Shown: positions 10,750 through 22,737 of the stretch, in pieces | How the letters are laid out: each line of letters opens with the position of its first letter | Position numbering within the stretch: position 1 is the first letter of the stretch | Source: Macrostomum lignano | Lineage: Eukaryota | Direction of reading: 5' to 3' | Assembly (NCBI GenBank): GCA_002269645.1 | Contig: NIVC01000427.1 | Location: forward strand, 17,590 to 81,589 | Length of the DNA: 64,000 nucleotides | Notes under the pieces: model-generated | What the model was told of the DNA's origin: nothing | Database searches by the model: none | What the model saw: only the letters and a program-made list of their open reading frames with translations | Position numbers and translations under genes: made by a program

Positions 10750-11322
10750 AGTCTGTTTATCTAGTGCCGATTCTAGAAGTCTGTTTATCTAGTGCCGATT
10801 CTAGAAGTCTGTTTATCTAGTGCCGATTCTAGAAGTCTGCTTATCTAGTGCCGATTCTGAAAGTCTGTTTATCTAGTGCCGATTCTGGAAGTCTGTTTAT
10901 CTAGTGCCGATTCTAGAAGTCTGTTTATCTAGTGCCGATTCTGGAAGTCTGTTTATCTAGTGCCGATTCTAGAAGTCTGTTTATCTAGTGCCGATTCTAG
11001 AAGTCTGTTTATCTAAGGCCGATTCTGGAAGTCTGTTTATCTAGTGCCGATTCTGGAAGTCTGTTTATCTAGTGCCGATTCTGGAAGTCTGTTTATCTAG
11101 TGCCGATTCTAGAAGTCTGTTTATCTAGTGCCGATTCTAGAAGTCTGTTTATCTAGTGCCGATTCTAGAAGTCTGTTTATCTAGTGCCGATTCTGGAAGT
11201 CTGTTTATCTAGTGCTGATTCTAGAAGTCTGTTTATCTAGTGCCGATTCTAGAAGTCTGTTTATCTAGTGCCGATTCTGGAAGTCTGTTTATCTAGTGCC
11301 GATTCTGGAAGTCTGTTTATCT
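10750..11322. repeat. 28-bp minisatellite filling ERGIC1 intron 4
   Basis: (GTCTGTTTATCTAGTGCCGATTCTAGAA) about 20 copies. Confidence 0.95.
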
Positions 11323-11361
11323 GCTCAATTCCAAAGCAATGCTTATTGGATAAGGCCTCAC

Positions 11362-11481
11362 CTGGGTCAGAAAGTGATAGAAAGGTACGCTCCGCTCTTT
11401 GTACTTGACAACAATAGGCGCCAGTTCGTAGCGAAACCAGATTGCCGGCATTGCACCGCCTCCGTGGAAACTGGGCAGCGA
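11362..11481 (-). CDS. ERGIC1: ERGIC1 exon 4
   Basis: SLPSFHGGGAMPAIWFRYELAPIVVKYKERSVPFYHFLTQ; AG/GT flanks; 120 nt. Confidence 0.92.
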
Positions 11482-11649
11482 CTGCGAGATTGTAAATTAA
11501 TTATTAAGTTTGGTTGATCACGTGACTTCTAATACAGGACACCTGAGAGTCTGCGACTGGTTTAGAGCCGGTTCTCAGTGGGATTCGAGACAGATTAAGG
11601 CGAGGTTTATAGGTCAGGCTCGTAGGCGGGGAGAGGGGGTTGCTCAAAT

Positions 11650-12035
11650 GCTGTGGCTCATGAGGGGAATCATTGAGACGTCAAGGCTCATGGGGGAATA
11701 GCTGAGATGTCAAGGCTCATGGGGGAATAGCTGAGATGTCAAGGCTCATGGGGGAATTGCTGAGATGTTAAGGCTCAATGGGGAATTGCTGAGATGTTAA
11801 GGCTCAATGGGGGAATTGCTGAGATGTCAAGGCTCAATGGGGGAATTGCTGAGATGTCAAGGCTCAATGGGGAATTGCTGAGATGTCAAGGCTCAATGGG
11901 GAATAGCTGAGATGTCAAGGCTCATGGGGGAATAGCTGAGATGTCAAGGCTCAATGGGGGAATTGCTGAGATGTCAAGGCTCATAGGGGAATTGCTGAGA
12001 TGTCAAGGCTCATAGGGGAGTAGCTCAGATGCTTT
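11650..12035. repeat. ~29-bp minisatellite in ERGIC1 intron 3
   Basis: (GCTGAGATGTCAAGGCTCA[A]TGGGGGAAT) about 13 copies. Confidence 0.9.
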
Positions 12036-12199
12036 GCTCTAAACTCATAGGGGATGCTGATATCTTAGGCTAGATAACTGACTTTTAGGGGAATGCTTTT
12101 AAAGATAATTTTTCTCAAGAAATGGGGCGAATATTGCTAATCATCAAAATACTAAAAATCAATAAGACACACAGAAACAAAGGAAATCATATAAATTAC

Positions 12200-12695
12200 C
12201 CTATACAGAGCGGTGAACTGAAACGGCAGCGACCTTTGACCTTTGTACTCAACAATAGACGGCACAATTTTCAAGTAATAATCGTGCATCTCAAAATCGT
12301 TAGTAGACGTGGCATTCTTGCCATTCAACGGCGCAAACGAGGTCACCTGACCGTAGGCCTGCAGCAGGGCCGGCGCCGCTTTGCTGCCGAAGCGCAGCTC
12401 GTGCAGAATGTGCTCAAAATTTGGCGCGTCCGGTTGGGCCTCGCTGGCGTGCGTTGAGACGTGGAAATTGCCTGACACTTTGTTAATTTGAAATCGGGTC
12501 TCAAAGTTGCAGCCATGCCCGTCTAAAATGTCCCGCTTGTTGCTGTTCTCAATAAACCCGACCTCGTGCCGGCCCATGTTGTCCTGGATATCCAGGCCAA
12601 CAAATCTGCACGGCATCTTGGTTAGGCTGATGTTCAAGTACACAGGGATACTGTCGTACGATTTCACCGGGTCATCCACGTAAACCTCGCTTACC
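12200..12695 (-). CDS. ERGIC1: ERGIC1 exon 3
   Basis: VSEVYVDDP...[14 protein letters not shown]...[12 protein letters not shown]...HDYYLKIVP...FTALYR; splice phases are consistent with both neighbours. Confidence 0.93.
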
Positions 12696-12707
12696 CTGCA
12701 GGTTGGA

Positions 12708-13281
<574 letters not shown>

Positions 13282-13431
13282 CATGGCGCGAGAGCTGTTC
13301 ACCGCTGAGCTGTTCTGCTCCTTTAAGCAAGGGTAGATAATAGACCTTAGCTTGTATTCGCTGAACCCATTGGACACATTACACAGGCGCAAACATCTTA
13401 AGTCATACATAATAAGCAATTACAAACTTAC

Positions 13432-13566
13432 AATTCAGGACTGAGAAATGTGAAAAACTCCGCTAAAAACAGGTAGAGAATGAAAGCAACGCTGACAATG
13501 GAGACCACGGCGCCAGCTTTTGTTGGCTGCGTCAGGTCCTTGGGAACTTTGCGGTAGATGTCGAAC
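13432..13566 (-). CDS. ERGIC1: ERGIC1 exon 2
   Basis: FDIYRKVPKDLTQPTKAGAVVSIVSVAFILYLFLAEFFTFLSPE (TM1); AACAG| acceptor, |GTAAGT donor. Confidence 0.93.
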
Positions 13567-14273
13567 CTGTTTCGAGAGAAAACATCATAAATAAAATATG
13601 AATTTGAAAATAAGCTTTGGTTGTCGGAGTTAAAGCCAATGATAAGTATTAGTGGTAAAAGGTATGTTTTTACATTTTTGATAATAACTTTTTGTACATA
13701 ATTTGAGAAATAACATGCCTAATATCAAAAAAACATTTATGGCTACTAGGTTGACTGGATGAATAATTACAAAAGCTACTAATTTCTGTCTGTCTAGACC
13801 ATACATATAAATCTTCAACTGAATGAAATGAAACTGGCACTGAAATGAAACCAGCATAGTCTTAACATTTTTGCCATTTTGATTAACACAATCTTGTTTA
13901 ATGTTAAGCAACAATCTTTGATTGCTAAATAATGCAAAATTACCACAAAAAACTTATTAAACAGGTAAACTACACAAATAGAGCCTTGCTCTAATAATAA
14001 ATTAGAAAGAAAAGAAATATATAGTTGAAAGTCTTGAAATAAATTGTTTGGTTTAATATAATGGAGTTTAAAGATTTGCCATGACCTTCTAATAGTAATT
14101 ATAATGGACAAAGACAAACTATTTGAACTCAACTTGACTTTTAAACATTTACTATTCAATTTGAGCTTTGCTTGAAAAAACAAGGTTTGTTAGGATTTTA
14201 AAAAATGTGGTATAAATGGTATATAAAATAAACTTTTAAAAACCTTTTCTATCATATAAACAATGATTGCTTA

Positions 14274-14534
14274 CATACATGTGCAACCTCCAAAATTCGG
14301 TCGGCCATGCGACTTAGTTTTAACAAAAATGCAACTTACATGTAAAAAACTCTGACGCAAAATTAACGCAACTTTGGGTAAACGCCAGGAGTAACTATGA
14401 CTGTCTTTTAAAGTCAAAATGCCTCATCAGCTACTTAGTAGTACTACTTTGGTGGGCATTTTTGCAACTTCCATGGTTGGCCGCCAAATCGGTCAGCCGG
14501 ATCGGCCGACTCAGCCGACTGTTGCGCATGTATG
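14274..14534. mobile_element. MITE with 8-bp TSD (hAT-like)
   Basis: TIR CATACATGTGCAAC / GTTGCGCATGTATG; TSD ATTGCTTA on both sides. Confidence 0.85.
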
Positions 14535-15189
14535 ATTGCTTATTTAATTGTTAAAAAAATTGTACTCTTCTAAGCTGGGAATGTGTTGTCTTTTGGTAAC
14601 TTAATTAGGCCTATAGGCCATTAATACTTTCATCGCTAACATTTAAATTTAATTTAGAAATAGGACTATTACATCATTGTACTTGTTAAATAATAAGATT
14701 GTCCATAAGTGTAGACTAGTGATAGATCCCAATATTTAGAATGTCTCACTTTTAGAACAATAAATTTTGTAGATTTGAAAAAAATATGTTGACACTTGTG
14801 TAGCTACCTAGAGTTTTTTTTAATTTTGTGCAATGAGAAAACTGGAAGTTAGCATGGATTTTTTGAAGTTTTGTATACTACTTGTAAATTATAATATACA
14901 AAAAAGTTTTTGCATGTAAGAGGCAATTGACTTCCCAAAAAGGTCATTTATTGTTGAAATTGCAAAAAGGGTTTTTTATTGTTGAAACTGCAAAAAAAAT
15001 CATTTATTATCAGGATATAGAAAAAACTTGTGCATTTTAGAAATTGTGCAAAAATTTCTATGCAAGTTTTTTTCCCCAAAATTTCCAAGCAAGGATTCCA
15101 TCCTAGTATAACATAAGTAGTACAAATCAGCAAAAAAATTCCTACTAGTATAACTACAAGCTTGGTATGATCTAGATTAAAACTATATA

Positions 15190-15435
15190 GTAGGGTCTTC
15201 CACAATAGGGTCCCATCTTGTTTTTGAACTTGAACACTTGTAACTTTGAATTATAATAGATTGAACAAAGCTACAAAAAGCAATATATGTTAAACTTCTA
15301 GTTTTATTTTTTTCATATAGCTGCTTTTAAATTCTAAAACTGTTTTTGCAGCTTTGTTCTTTCTATCTATTATGGTTCAAAAGTTACAAGTGTTCAAATT
15401 CAAAGACATAATGGGTCTATTATGGAATGAACTAG
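15190..15435. mobile_element. Degenerate hairpin MITE
   Basis: Inverted segments TTCCACAATAGGGTCCCAT / ATGGGTCTATTATGGAA and GAACTTGAACACTTGTAACTTTGAA / TTCAAAAGTTACAAGTGTTCAAATTC. Confidence 0.55.
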
Positions 15436-16471
15436 TAGTAGATTTAGGGGATGCATAGGGTGTATACTTTGGGTGTAGCCCATTTTGGCAAAGGAAATTT
15501 CAGCAAAAGATGCTTCAACAAAAATGAATTTTTAGTTTATATAAATATACATTTTGGCAAAAGAAAGTGACCAGTTTGGCAAAAAGATAGGCTACTTATT
15601 TATAACCTATAATTGCAAATATATACATGTATAACTTTGGTGATTATAGTTATTAAAAAGTATTCATTGACCCCCTTGCATATATTTGCCATATTTTGGA
15701 AGGTTTAGTAGTATATACCAAATGTTTCTAGTGTACAAATGCTTTAGCTAATGTATATCTAGCATACAAATGTTTTAGCTAATATACATATGGTATACAA
15801 GGAGGAAAAACAACTTTTTGGCATAATCATTGGCTTACAACTTTTAACTCAACAACGCTCAAATTATATGTAAATTATGCTCAACAATCTTTTGCTATAG
15901 TAAAGTTAATTTTATATTTTGACAATAAATTATTTTTAAAAATAATATCTTGAAAGTTTCTATAGTTACTAGTAAAAAATATACATAAAATAATAATATA
16001 CATAACTATTTTGTTTTACTAATTATTTCTATTTTTTAAAATAATAGAGGTTTCATTTTTTAATAGCAATTATTTGCCATGTGTTGATTGCTTATTGCAT
16101 TGGTTGTATGCTTTTTAATCATGAAATTTTTTGTGACATGCAATTTACCAGAACACTTGATTGGTATAATTTATTGGCATACACTTGACTAAATAGCCAA
16201 ATAATTTTTGGGGTACATGTAACACAATCTGCAATATGGTATATTTGCAGTTTGTAAATTAAAACACTCATGACTGGACCTAGCTGATAGCTATGTTATA
16301 TATATGCAAAGTACAATCAATAGATTAAGGATAATGGTGTGGTTTTTCAGTTTCTAAACTATACACATACTTTGAAATCTTGCTTTAATGGAACAGCACC
16401 TAATAAAACAACCAGTAGCAGATCTAAAGTTTTATTTTGGGGAGGGGGTAGTCCAAGTTTGGGACACTAAC

Positions 16472-16643
16472 TATGCTTGGGCGCAACCTTGGGATTCACC
16501 CGGCTGTTTCTATTGGCAACACACGCATGTAAGTCGCTATTGGCTGAGAGCAGTCACGTGACTACTGTTCTGTCCAATAGCGACTTACATGCGTGTGTTG
16601 CCAATAGAAACAGCCGAGTGAATCCCAAAGTTGCGTATGTATG
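16472..16643. mobile_element. Near-perfect palindromic MITE with 8-bp TSD
   Basis: ~60-bp arms (16482-16635) around GTCACGTGAC; right TIR GTTGCGTATGTATG resembles the 14274 element; TSD ACACTAAC. Confidence 0.8.
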
Positions 16644-17291
16644 ACACTAACACAAGTATAAAAGGCACTAATTTTTTAGCTAAAGGGCAAAAAATGTGTG
16701 TAGAGGGCAAAAAATCAAGTTTAGGGATGCAAAAAATATATATAAGGGCGAAAAATCAAGCTTAAAGCACAAAAAGGCATTTAGAGATGAAAAATCAAGT
16801 TTAGGGATTGCAAATTTAGGTTTTTAAGAGATGCAATATGTTTTGTCAAGCTATTTTAGTGGGGGCAGGGCAGGGCAAGGGGGGGGGGCAAGACAGGGCA
16901 AGGGGCAGGGCAGGCCTGGCAGGGCAAGGTGAGGCTGTTCCCCCTTAAATCTACCCTTAAAAACAATATTTTACTAATCAAATAATGAAATTGCCTTAGA
17001 ATAAAAAACATATAATAATAAAATAGTCTTTTTAAAGCTTGTATTTTTTATTTTGATTTTAAAACAACAAAAAGAAAATTTTTTTGCTTTTCTTTGAAGC
17101 TTAGATTAATCTCAACAAATCTTAACCAAAATGGCCAGCTTTAGTCTAGATGAAATCACGGTGAATATAGTTTTGCTATTATCAACTTTTGCTGAAAATT
17201 CCTTTTCCAAAATGGGTTAAAACCCATGCTTCCCCTGTTAAGTTTTCAAAAAAACTCTGTGGCAGCAGGTAATACACATTATCATGTAGGC

Positions 17292-18207
17292 CATATAGTC
17301 AGGATGATGTACATTACGCCAGAAATTTCCAGCGTACAATTGAAAATTTTACTTTTTTTGGCATACAATTGGTGTAAAAATGAGACAAAATATATTTGGC
17401 GTACCTTTTGGCTTGACGCTGTGGGGTAAATACGCCAAGCAGCGTATGCCAACTCCAACCTTCATGCCAAAGTTAATATTAACAATTGTTGGCATAATGC
17501 CATAACCTCAGAATCTTATTATAAAATCACAAAAACCATAAAACTCGTAAGATACTGGTAAAAGTTCATAACTATTCGTGATTAATATAGTACACCTTAA
17601 TTTTGTAATTTAAATTGGTGCCAACTCGAGGCGTGTGTTAAGTAAAGCAAAGTAATCGCATCGCAATGTAAGAATACTCGTATATTTTCATTTCATTCAA
17701 TACTTTATATTGGTAACTTTATATCAGCTGAATTTCATCGCCTTAGCTCGATGATGAGTCTAATAAATGCTGAATCATAGCTCAAACTGTTACTGGCTAT
17801 GCTTTAGTGTGTGCCTAGTAAGCAGGCAGCTGTGCAAGCTTGTGATTGGGTGGTAAAGGCTCAAAGTCAAATTTAGTGTCCTGCCTCTATTCTTGCTATA
17901 TTTATATATATAAAAATTTAAAATTCCATGCAAACTAATTGTGTTAATTTTCTAAAAAACTTAAACAAAAAATTGATTTTTGTTGGCATTATCTGTAAGC
18001 CAATTTACTTTAAATGAAAACCACACATTTGTTAAATTTTTATTGTTAAAAATGTATAACACGCAAAAAAGGTCATTTATTGTCGCAAAGCCTAGAAAAC
18101 CTGGCGTAAGTTCCTAGGACCTTGGCGTATGTTTCAGTATGAAGTGGCGTAGATTTTTTTAGGGGACTTTTTATTCCAGCGTATACCATGACATGATCCT
18201 GACTATG
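17292..18207. mobile_element. Non-autonomous hAT-like element (~916 bp)
   Basis: TIR CAT(AT)AGTCAGGATGATGT / ACATGATCCTGACTATG; TSD (A/G)TGTAGGC; many subterminal TACGCCA/TGGCGTA motifs. Confidence 0.7.
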
Positions 18208-18457
18208 GTGTAGGCCTATATACATAATGTACTTGATGGAATGTAGGCCTACATATAGTCTATAGATACATACACCTTAATAATCTGCACCCCCATTCAA
18301 TTTTTTGAATCCACACCTGATATAAGCTTTATACCAATTAAACTAATTAAAGCAATAAATATATGCTCACGACATAAGTCATTTATTTGCATGATCTGAT
18401 AGTGATGTGCATAAGTCATAATACTAGGCCTAAAAGACAATGAAAAAAGATACTTAC

Positions 18458-18477
18458 TTTCTAATGTCAAACTGCAT
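18458..18477 (-). CDS. ERGIC1: ERGIC1 exon 1 (20-nt coding micro-exon)
   Basis: ATG CAG TTT GAC ATT AGA AA|GTAAGT joins exon 2 to give MQFDIRKFDIYRK (human MPFDFRRFDIYRK). The five exons total 879 nt, i.e. 292 aa. Confidence 0.85.
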
Positions 18478-18801
18478 TTTGGAGCAGCTGATATTCTTAT
18501 TGCTTAATTGCGTTCTGAAAATTTATGCTCAAAAAATTTAGCCTTATTAGGCTTGTCTAAAATTCTGCCAACTTTTAAACTAGTCTCACTCAGTGACTCA
18601 GTGACTTATTTATTTGAAACTTCGTATTGATCTTATCAAAGAAAAAAATATTTTTAAGTTATTGCTAAAAAATAGACAAAATTTTAAAGTTAATAGATAA
18701 TCATAATCATAATTCACAAACTAAAATGTACAGACTAGTTAGTAACGTAACGAGAGAGAGAGTCACCGCGGGAAGTCCCTATAAGTCCTTATAGCTGTTT
18801 T

Positions 18802-19499
18802 CAAGGACGACTTAAGTAGAAGGACGGGAAACCTCGTTTCTTAGAAAATTTTTGAAGGCACTCTTTCCCGAAAAAATACACTGCGGAGATAGGAAATTTT
18901 CATTTTTTCAGCACAAAAATTGCTATAACTTTTGATAGGAGGCAGATCCAGTGTTGATCTTTTGATATGTTGTGCCTTTTTTATTGCTCTATCGATATTT
19001 ATAAAGCTTTTCGTTCAGAAAATTAGGATTCCATGTTAATTTTTTATTCTACGTATATTTCCTGTATCTAAAAATCACAAAAATGCATGACACAGCTCTA
19101 ATATTTGCTTTTATGAATCTATTTTATCATCTATGTTACGACTATTTGCTATACAGTCAGGTAAGAAGGATAAAATAGACTCATAAAATCAAAGAGCCAA
19201 GCCGTGGCATTCTAATGTATTTCAAGCACAAGACACATGAAAATATACGTAGAATAAAAAATTAACATAGAATCCTAATTTTCTGAACGGAAAGCTTTAT
19301 AAATATCGATAGAGCAATAAAAAAGGCACAACATATCAAAAGATCAACACTGGATCTGCCTCCTATCAAAAGTTATAGCAATTTTTGTGCTGAAAAAATG
19401 AAAATTTCCTATCTCCGCAGTGTATTTTTTCGGGAAAGAGTGCCTTCAAAAATTTTCTAAGAAACGAGGTTTCCCGTCCTTCTACTTAAGTCGTCCTTG
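18802..19499. mobile_element. Foldback-type non-autonomous DNA transposon (698 bp, ~260-bp TIRs, 8-bp TSD)
   Basis: CAAGGACGACTTAAG...CTTAAGTCGTCCTTG with near-identical arms; TSD GCTGTTTT at 18794-18801 and 19500-19507. Confidence 0.92.
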
Positions 19500-20074
19500 G
19501 CTGTTTTATGATCATTTTGAAAATACGGTATTTTACCCATTCAGATTTTAAAACAAAATAAAGCGTTCCAGGAAACAGCTGCTATGCATATACTATAGAT
19601 AGTACTTAAAAGCTCAAGGATTCTTTCATAGAAAAATATTTAACCTTCAGCTCTTCAACTCAACGATTCAAGGCCTAAATGGTCATGAATACTTTACGAA
19701 ATCAATTGCAATTATGCATAGGGCGATTATTATTGTAGTTAGCCGATCAAATTTATCAGTGGCTAAGCGATCTGAATTTTAGCAAAAGAAACCCTTGTTT
19801 CAAAATCATGACAGTAATATGTCCTATCACTACAAAGGCCTCTGCTGTGTAGTGGTATAAATTCAATTGCACTAAAGTTGTATTTACAACTTTGGCTTAG
19901 GCTTATGAAGTAAAAAGAAAAATTACGAAAATGAAACATTCACTAAACAACTACACAAAATGCAACCGAGCAACATTTTGTGCTTGTTAAATTAAAAGCT
20001 AATGGTAATCTTCACGTCCCCAGATCAATTAATGCAATCTGCATGCATTGATTTTGTGACAAAAAGTATTTTTT

Positions 20075-20290
20075 CATAGGCGTAGGAATTGCGGGGGTAG
20101 GAATGGCCCCCCCCCCCCCACTTTATAAAATGTGTGCTGACAAGACGGATTCTGAAAATAATCGGTACATGGTAATGTGCATTTTCCATACAAAAAATCT
20201 AACTCGACGGAGGCGTGCGCCGCCCCCCCCCCCTAAATCCGCAACTGAACCTGCCCCCAACTCACTTTTTGAAACATTCCTACGCTTATG
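20075..20290. mobile_element. MITE with 8-bp TSD (hAT-like)
   Basis: TIR CATAGGCGTAGGAAT / ATTCCTACGCTTATG; TSD TATTTTTT; internal poly-C tracts. Confidence 0.85.
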
Positions 20291-21374
20291 TATTTTTTCC
20301 TATCTCCGCAGTTGTATTTTTTTTTAAGAATTATCCCTTAAAAATTACACGATATTTGAGTTTTACATTCTGTTTTACAATAGTGGTCCTGGCATGCATA
20401 GTGCAAATTTAAAACCATTGTCAAAAAGCGAAGCTAGCTAAATAGAAATTTAATTGTTGTCGGAGACGAGCGGTGTAGCGGCATGGTCGACTTACTTGGC
20501 AGAAAAAGGTAATTGATATATCGGGGCTCTTTTCCGCTTCTTGAAGAATTTTGTGTGCATGCATGTACACTGTACATAAGCGGCCGGTCCTTGATATTAT
20601 AAGCATCTAATAAAACAAGAGTCTATCGACACTGTAAATTAATATGCCCGAGAGGTGCAGTGCATCTGGAAACGCTAACCGTCTGTGCCCTGCTGCCCTT
20701 GATGGGTTGGATCCCCTGCAGGACCGCAGAAACAGTTGGACAGCTGCAATTTTTGAAGACAGCCCCGCTGAATAACACCAATATTTGGGCGGAAGGCATG
20801 CTCAAGCTTAAACGCTGCTATAAATAAATAGTGCTATAGAAAATTATAGAATGCTTTCTTTGCCACGAATCAAACAAAGTGAGGGTTAGCTCGTACTAAA
20901 ATCAGACTATAGAGGTAAACAGTTATCTCTATTAAACCTGGCAGTTTTCATTGCTTAAAAATCATTTTTTGTTCCACAATTTAACAATCAATTTTGTAAA
21001 CTCCACACGAGTTTCAAGTGACTTTGTGCAAAAATTATTCAGCTTAAAAAAGAGACCTATAGCTAACTTGTCAAAATAAAACTATCTGCATAAAATTTAC
21101 CCAATAATTCTTATAATAAAAATTGTAAAATCTCAAATATGATTACAACACTAATAATTGATCTAAAAATAGAATACAACGACGTGTCGTGACTTGCTGT
21201 AGAGTTTCACATCTCGGCAGGTAAGGACCAATTAGCAAACTGGTAATGCCTAAAAATAGCTCATGTGACCGCGTGTCGCCGCACGCTGAACGGCAGCCCC
21301 CCCCAGTTGATTATAAAAGCCTATTCAGAGCTGACCGAATCGATTACAGACAGGCGGTCAATTCCAATAAGCAA

Positions 21375-22646
21375 ATGGCAGCAGCCAAGCCAGTAGACCT
21401 TGTGTTTGCATTCAATACAATCCAGCTATTCGACTCCTACGGATGCGCCCTTGACAACCGAATTCTTGTCGAGGTTGCAAAAATTTTTCCTCGCCTATCA
21501 GGCGACATTCCCAACAGTCAACTAGCAGTCATCGTCACCACTAGATACCAGAATCTCGGAGCAGCCTCCGATGTCCTGGCTCAGTTTTTGACCAGCCAAT
21601 TGCCCGGTGCAGGCGACTGCACTCTGCCACGGGGCCGCACCGAGCACCTGCTGAAGTTGGCGGTCGAAAAGATCTCCTGGCGCCAAGGCAGCTCGCGCGC
21701 TCTCGTCCTCGTTGACCAGCCCGTCAGCCACGACTCCTCTGCGGTTCCTCAGCTGAAGCAGCTCGGCGTCGCCGTCTATTCTGTGCACTGCGGCCCGCCT
21801 GCGCAGTCAGCTGACAGCTGCTGCAGCTTGACCTTCATGCGACACCTGGCGAATGAAACCGGCGGACTCTGCCTGCAGCTGGCTGAGCTGCGCGACCTGC
21901 CAGACTTCTTGACCGCCGCGGCCTACCGAGCCAGCGGCAGCAGTCGCCTTCAATACGCCTACGAGTGCGAGGTCCGGTCCCGGCGCTCGCCCCACTGCGA
22001 AGCCGTCGGGATGTTGTCGCTGGTGAGGCGCGCCTCGGCCGAGACCGTCATCCTTGACGACGAGGAATTCGGAGATGCATCGGAGACGCCAGTTGACAGG
22101 AAAACTCGGACAGCTGTCCGGGTTGCCAGAGAGTCCTGCACAGGGCTCAGTCTCCCAGCGCCGCTAGATGAGCTCGTCTGGTCGCCTTGGCGCTTGATTG
22201 GCCGGCCGAGCCGCAGCCGCCCCGCCCTCAGAGCAGACCGGTTGTCATGGCAACCGTACAAGGGCACGAAAAGCGTCATACGCCGGTCGCTGCTGCCTGG
22301 ATCGGTGGCGGGGGTCGATTCGCCGCTCACCGACGCTCCGTTGGCCGTCGAGCTGGCCGTTCAACCGCGAAGCGACAGCGCCTGCCGTTGTCCCTTGTTT
22401 GGCCGGGTGCTGGCAGCCGGTCGACCAGCCACTCTCGGCCACCTACTGGCTGGCCGGCCAACTGTCCGGGCTCAATTTCGGCGGGTGCTCAACTGCGGCA
22501 TGCTTATCTTTGTCCGACTAGCCGATGCCAGTCGAATCGCATTGGCCGAGCGGCGGCTGGAGCGCGCGGTCAGCTACGCCTGGATCAGCGGCCGTCCGGT
22601 CCGACTGGCAGGCAGCTTCGTCTCTGTTGATAAATCGCGTCTGTAA
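21375..22646 (+). CDS. Intronless ~423-aa protein with an N-terminal vWA-like domain (degenerate MIDAS) and an unassigned C-terminal domain; ORF is open from 21246
   Basis: vWA-like beta/alpha pattern: VDLVFAF...QLAVIV...ISWRQGSSRALVLV...LKQLGVAVYSV...FMRHLANETGGLCLQL. GC-rich, codon-like island in AT-rich flanks. A GCAG|GTAAGG donor at 21220 suggests a 5'UTR intron and a start at MAAAKPVD (21375). Confidence 0.65.
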   Translation: MAAAKPVDLVFAFNTIQLFDSYGCALDNRILVEVAKIFPRLSGDIPNSQLAVIVTTRYQNLGAASDVLAQFLTSQLPGAGDCTLPRGRTEHLLKLAVEKISWRQGSSRALVLVDQPVSHDSSAVPQLKQLGVAVYSVHCGPPAQSADSCCSLTFMRHLANETGGLCLQLAELRDLPDFLTAAAYRASGSSRLQYAYECEVRSRRSPHCEAVGMLSLVRRASAETVILDDEEFGDASETPVDRKTRTAVRVARESCTGLSLPAPLDELVWSPWRLIGRPSRSRPALRADRLSWQPYKGTKSVIRRSLLPGSVAGVDSPLTDAPLAVELAVQPRSDSACRCPLFGRVLAAGRPATLGHLLAGRPTVRAQFRRVLNCGMLIFVRLADASRIALAERRLERAVSYAWISGRPVRLAGSFVSVDKSRL

Positions 22647-22737
22647 TGGTAAAATCTGGCATTGAAGTTTGCTCTGTGCCTGGCTTTGACAACGCAATCT
22701 GAATTAGCAAATTAGCTGGCCTCCGCTCCTTCAGGGG

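Noticed and set aside
20623-20805. Small 60-aa ORF (MSMPSAQILVLF...)
   Set aside because: No recognisable homology or splice context, and the length is within chance expectation.
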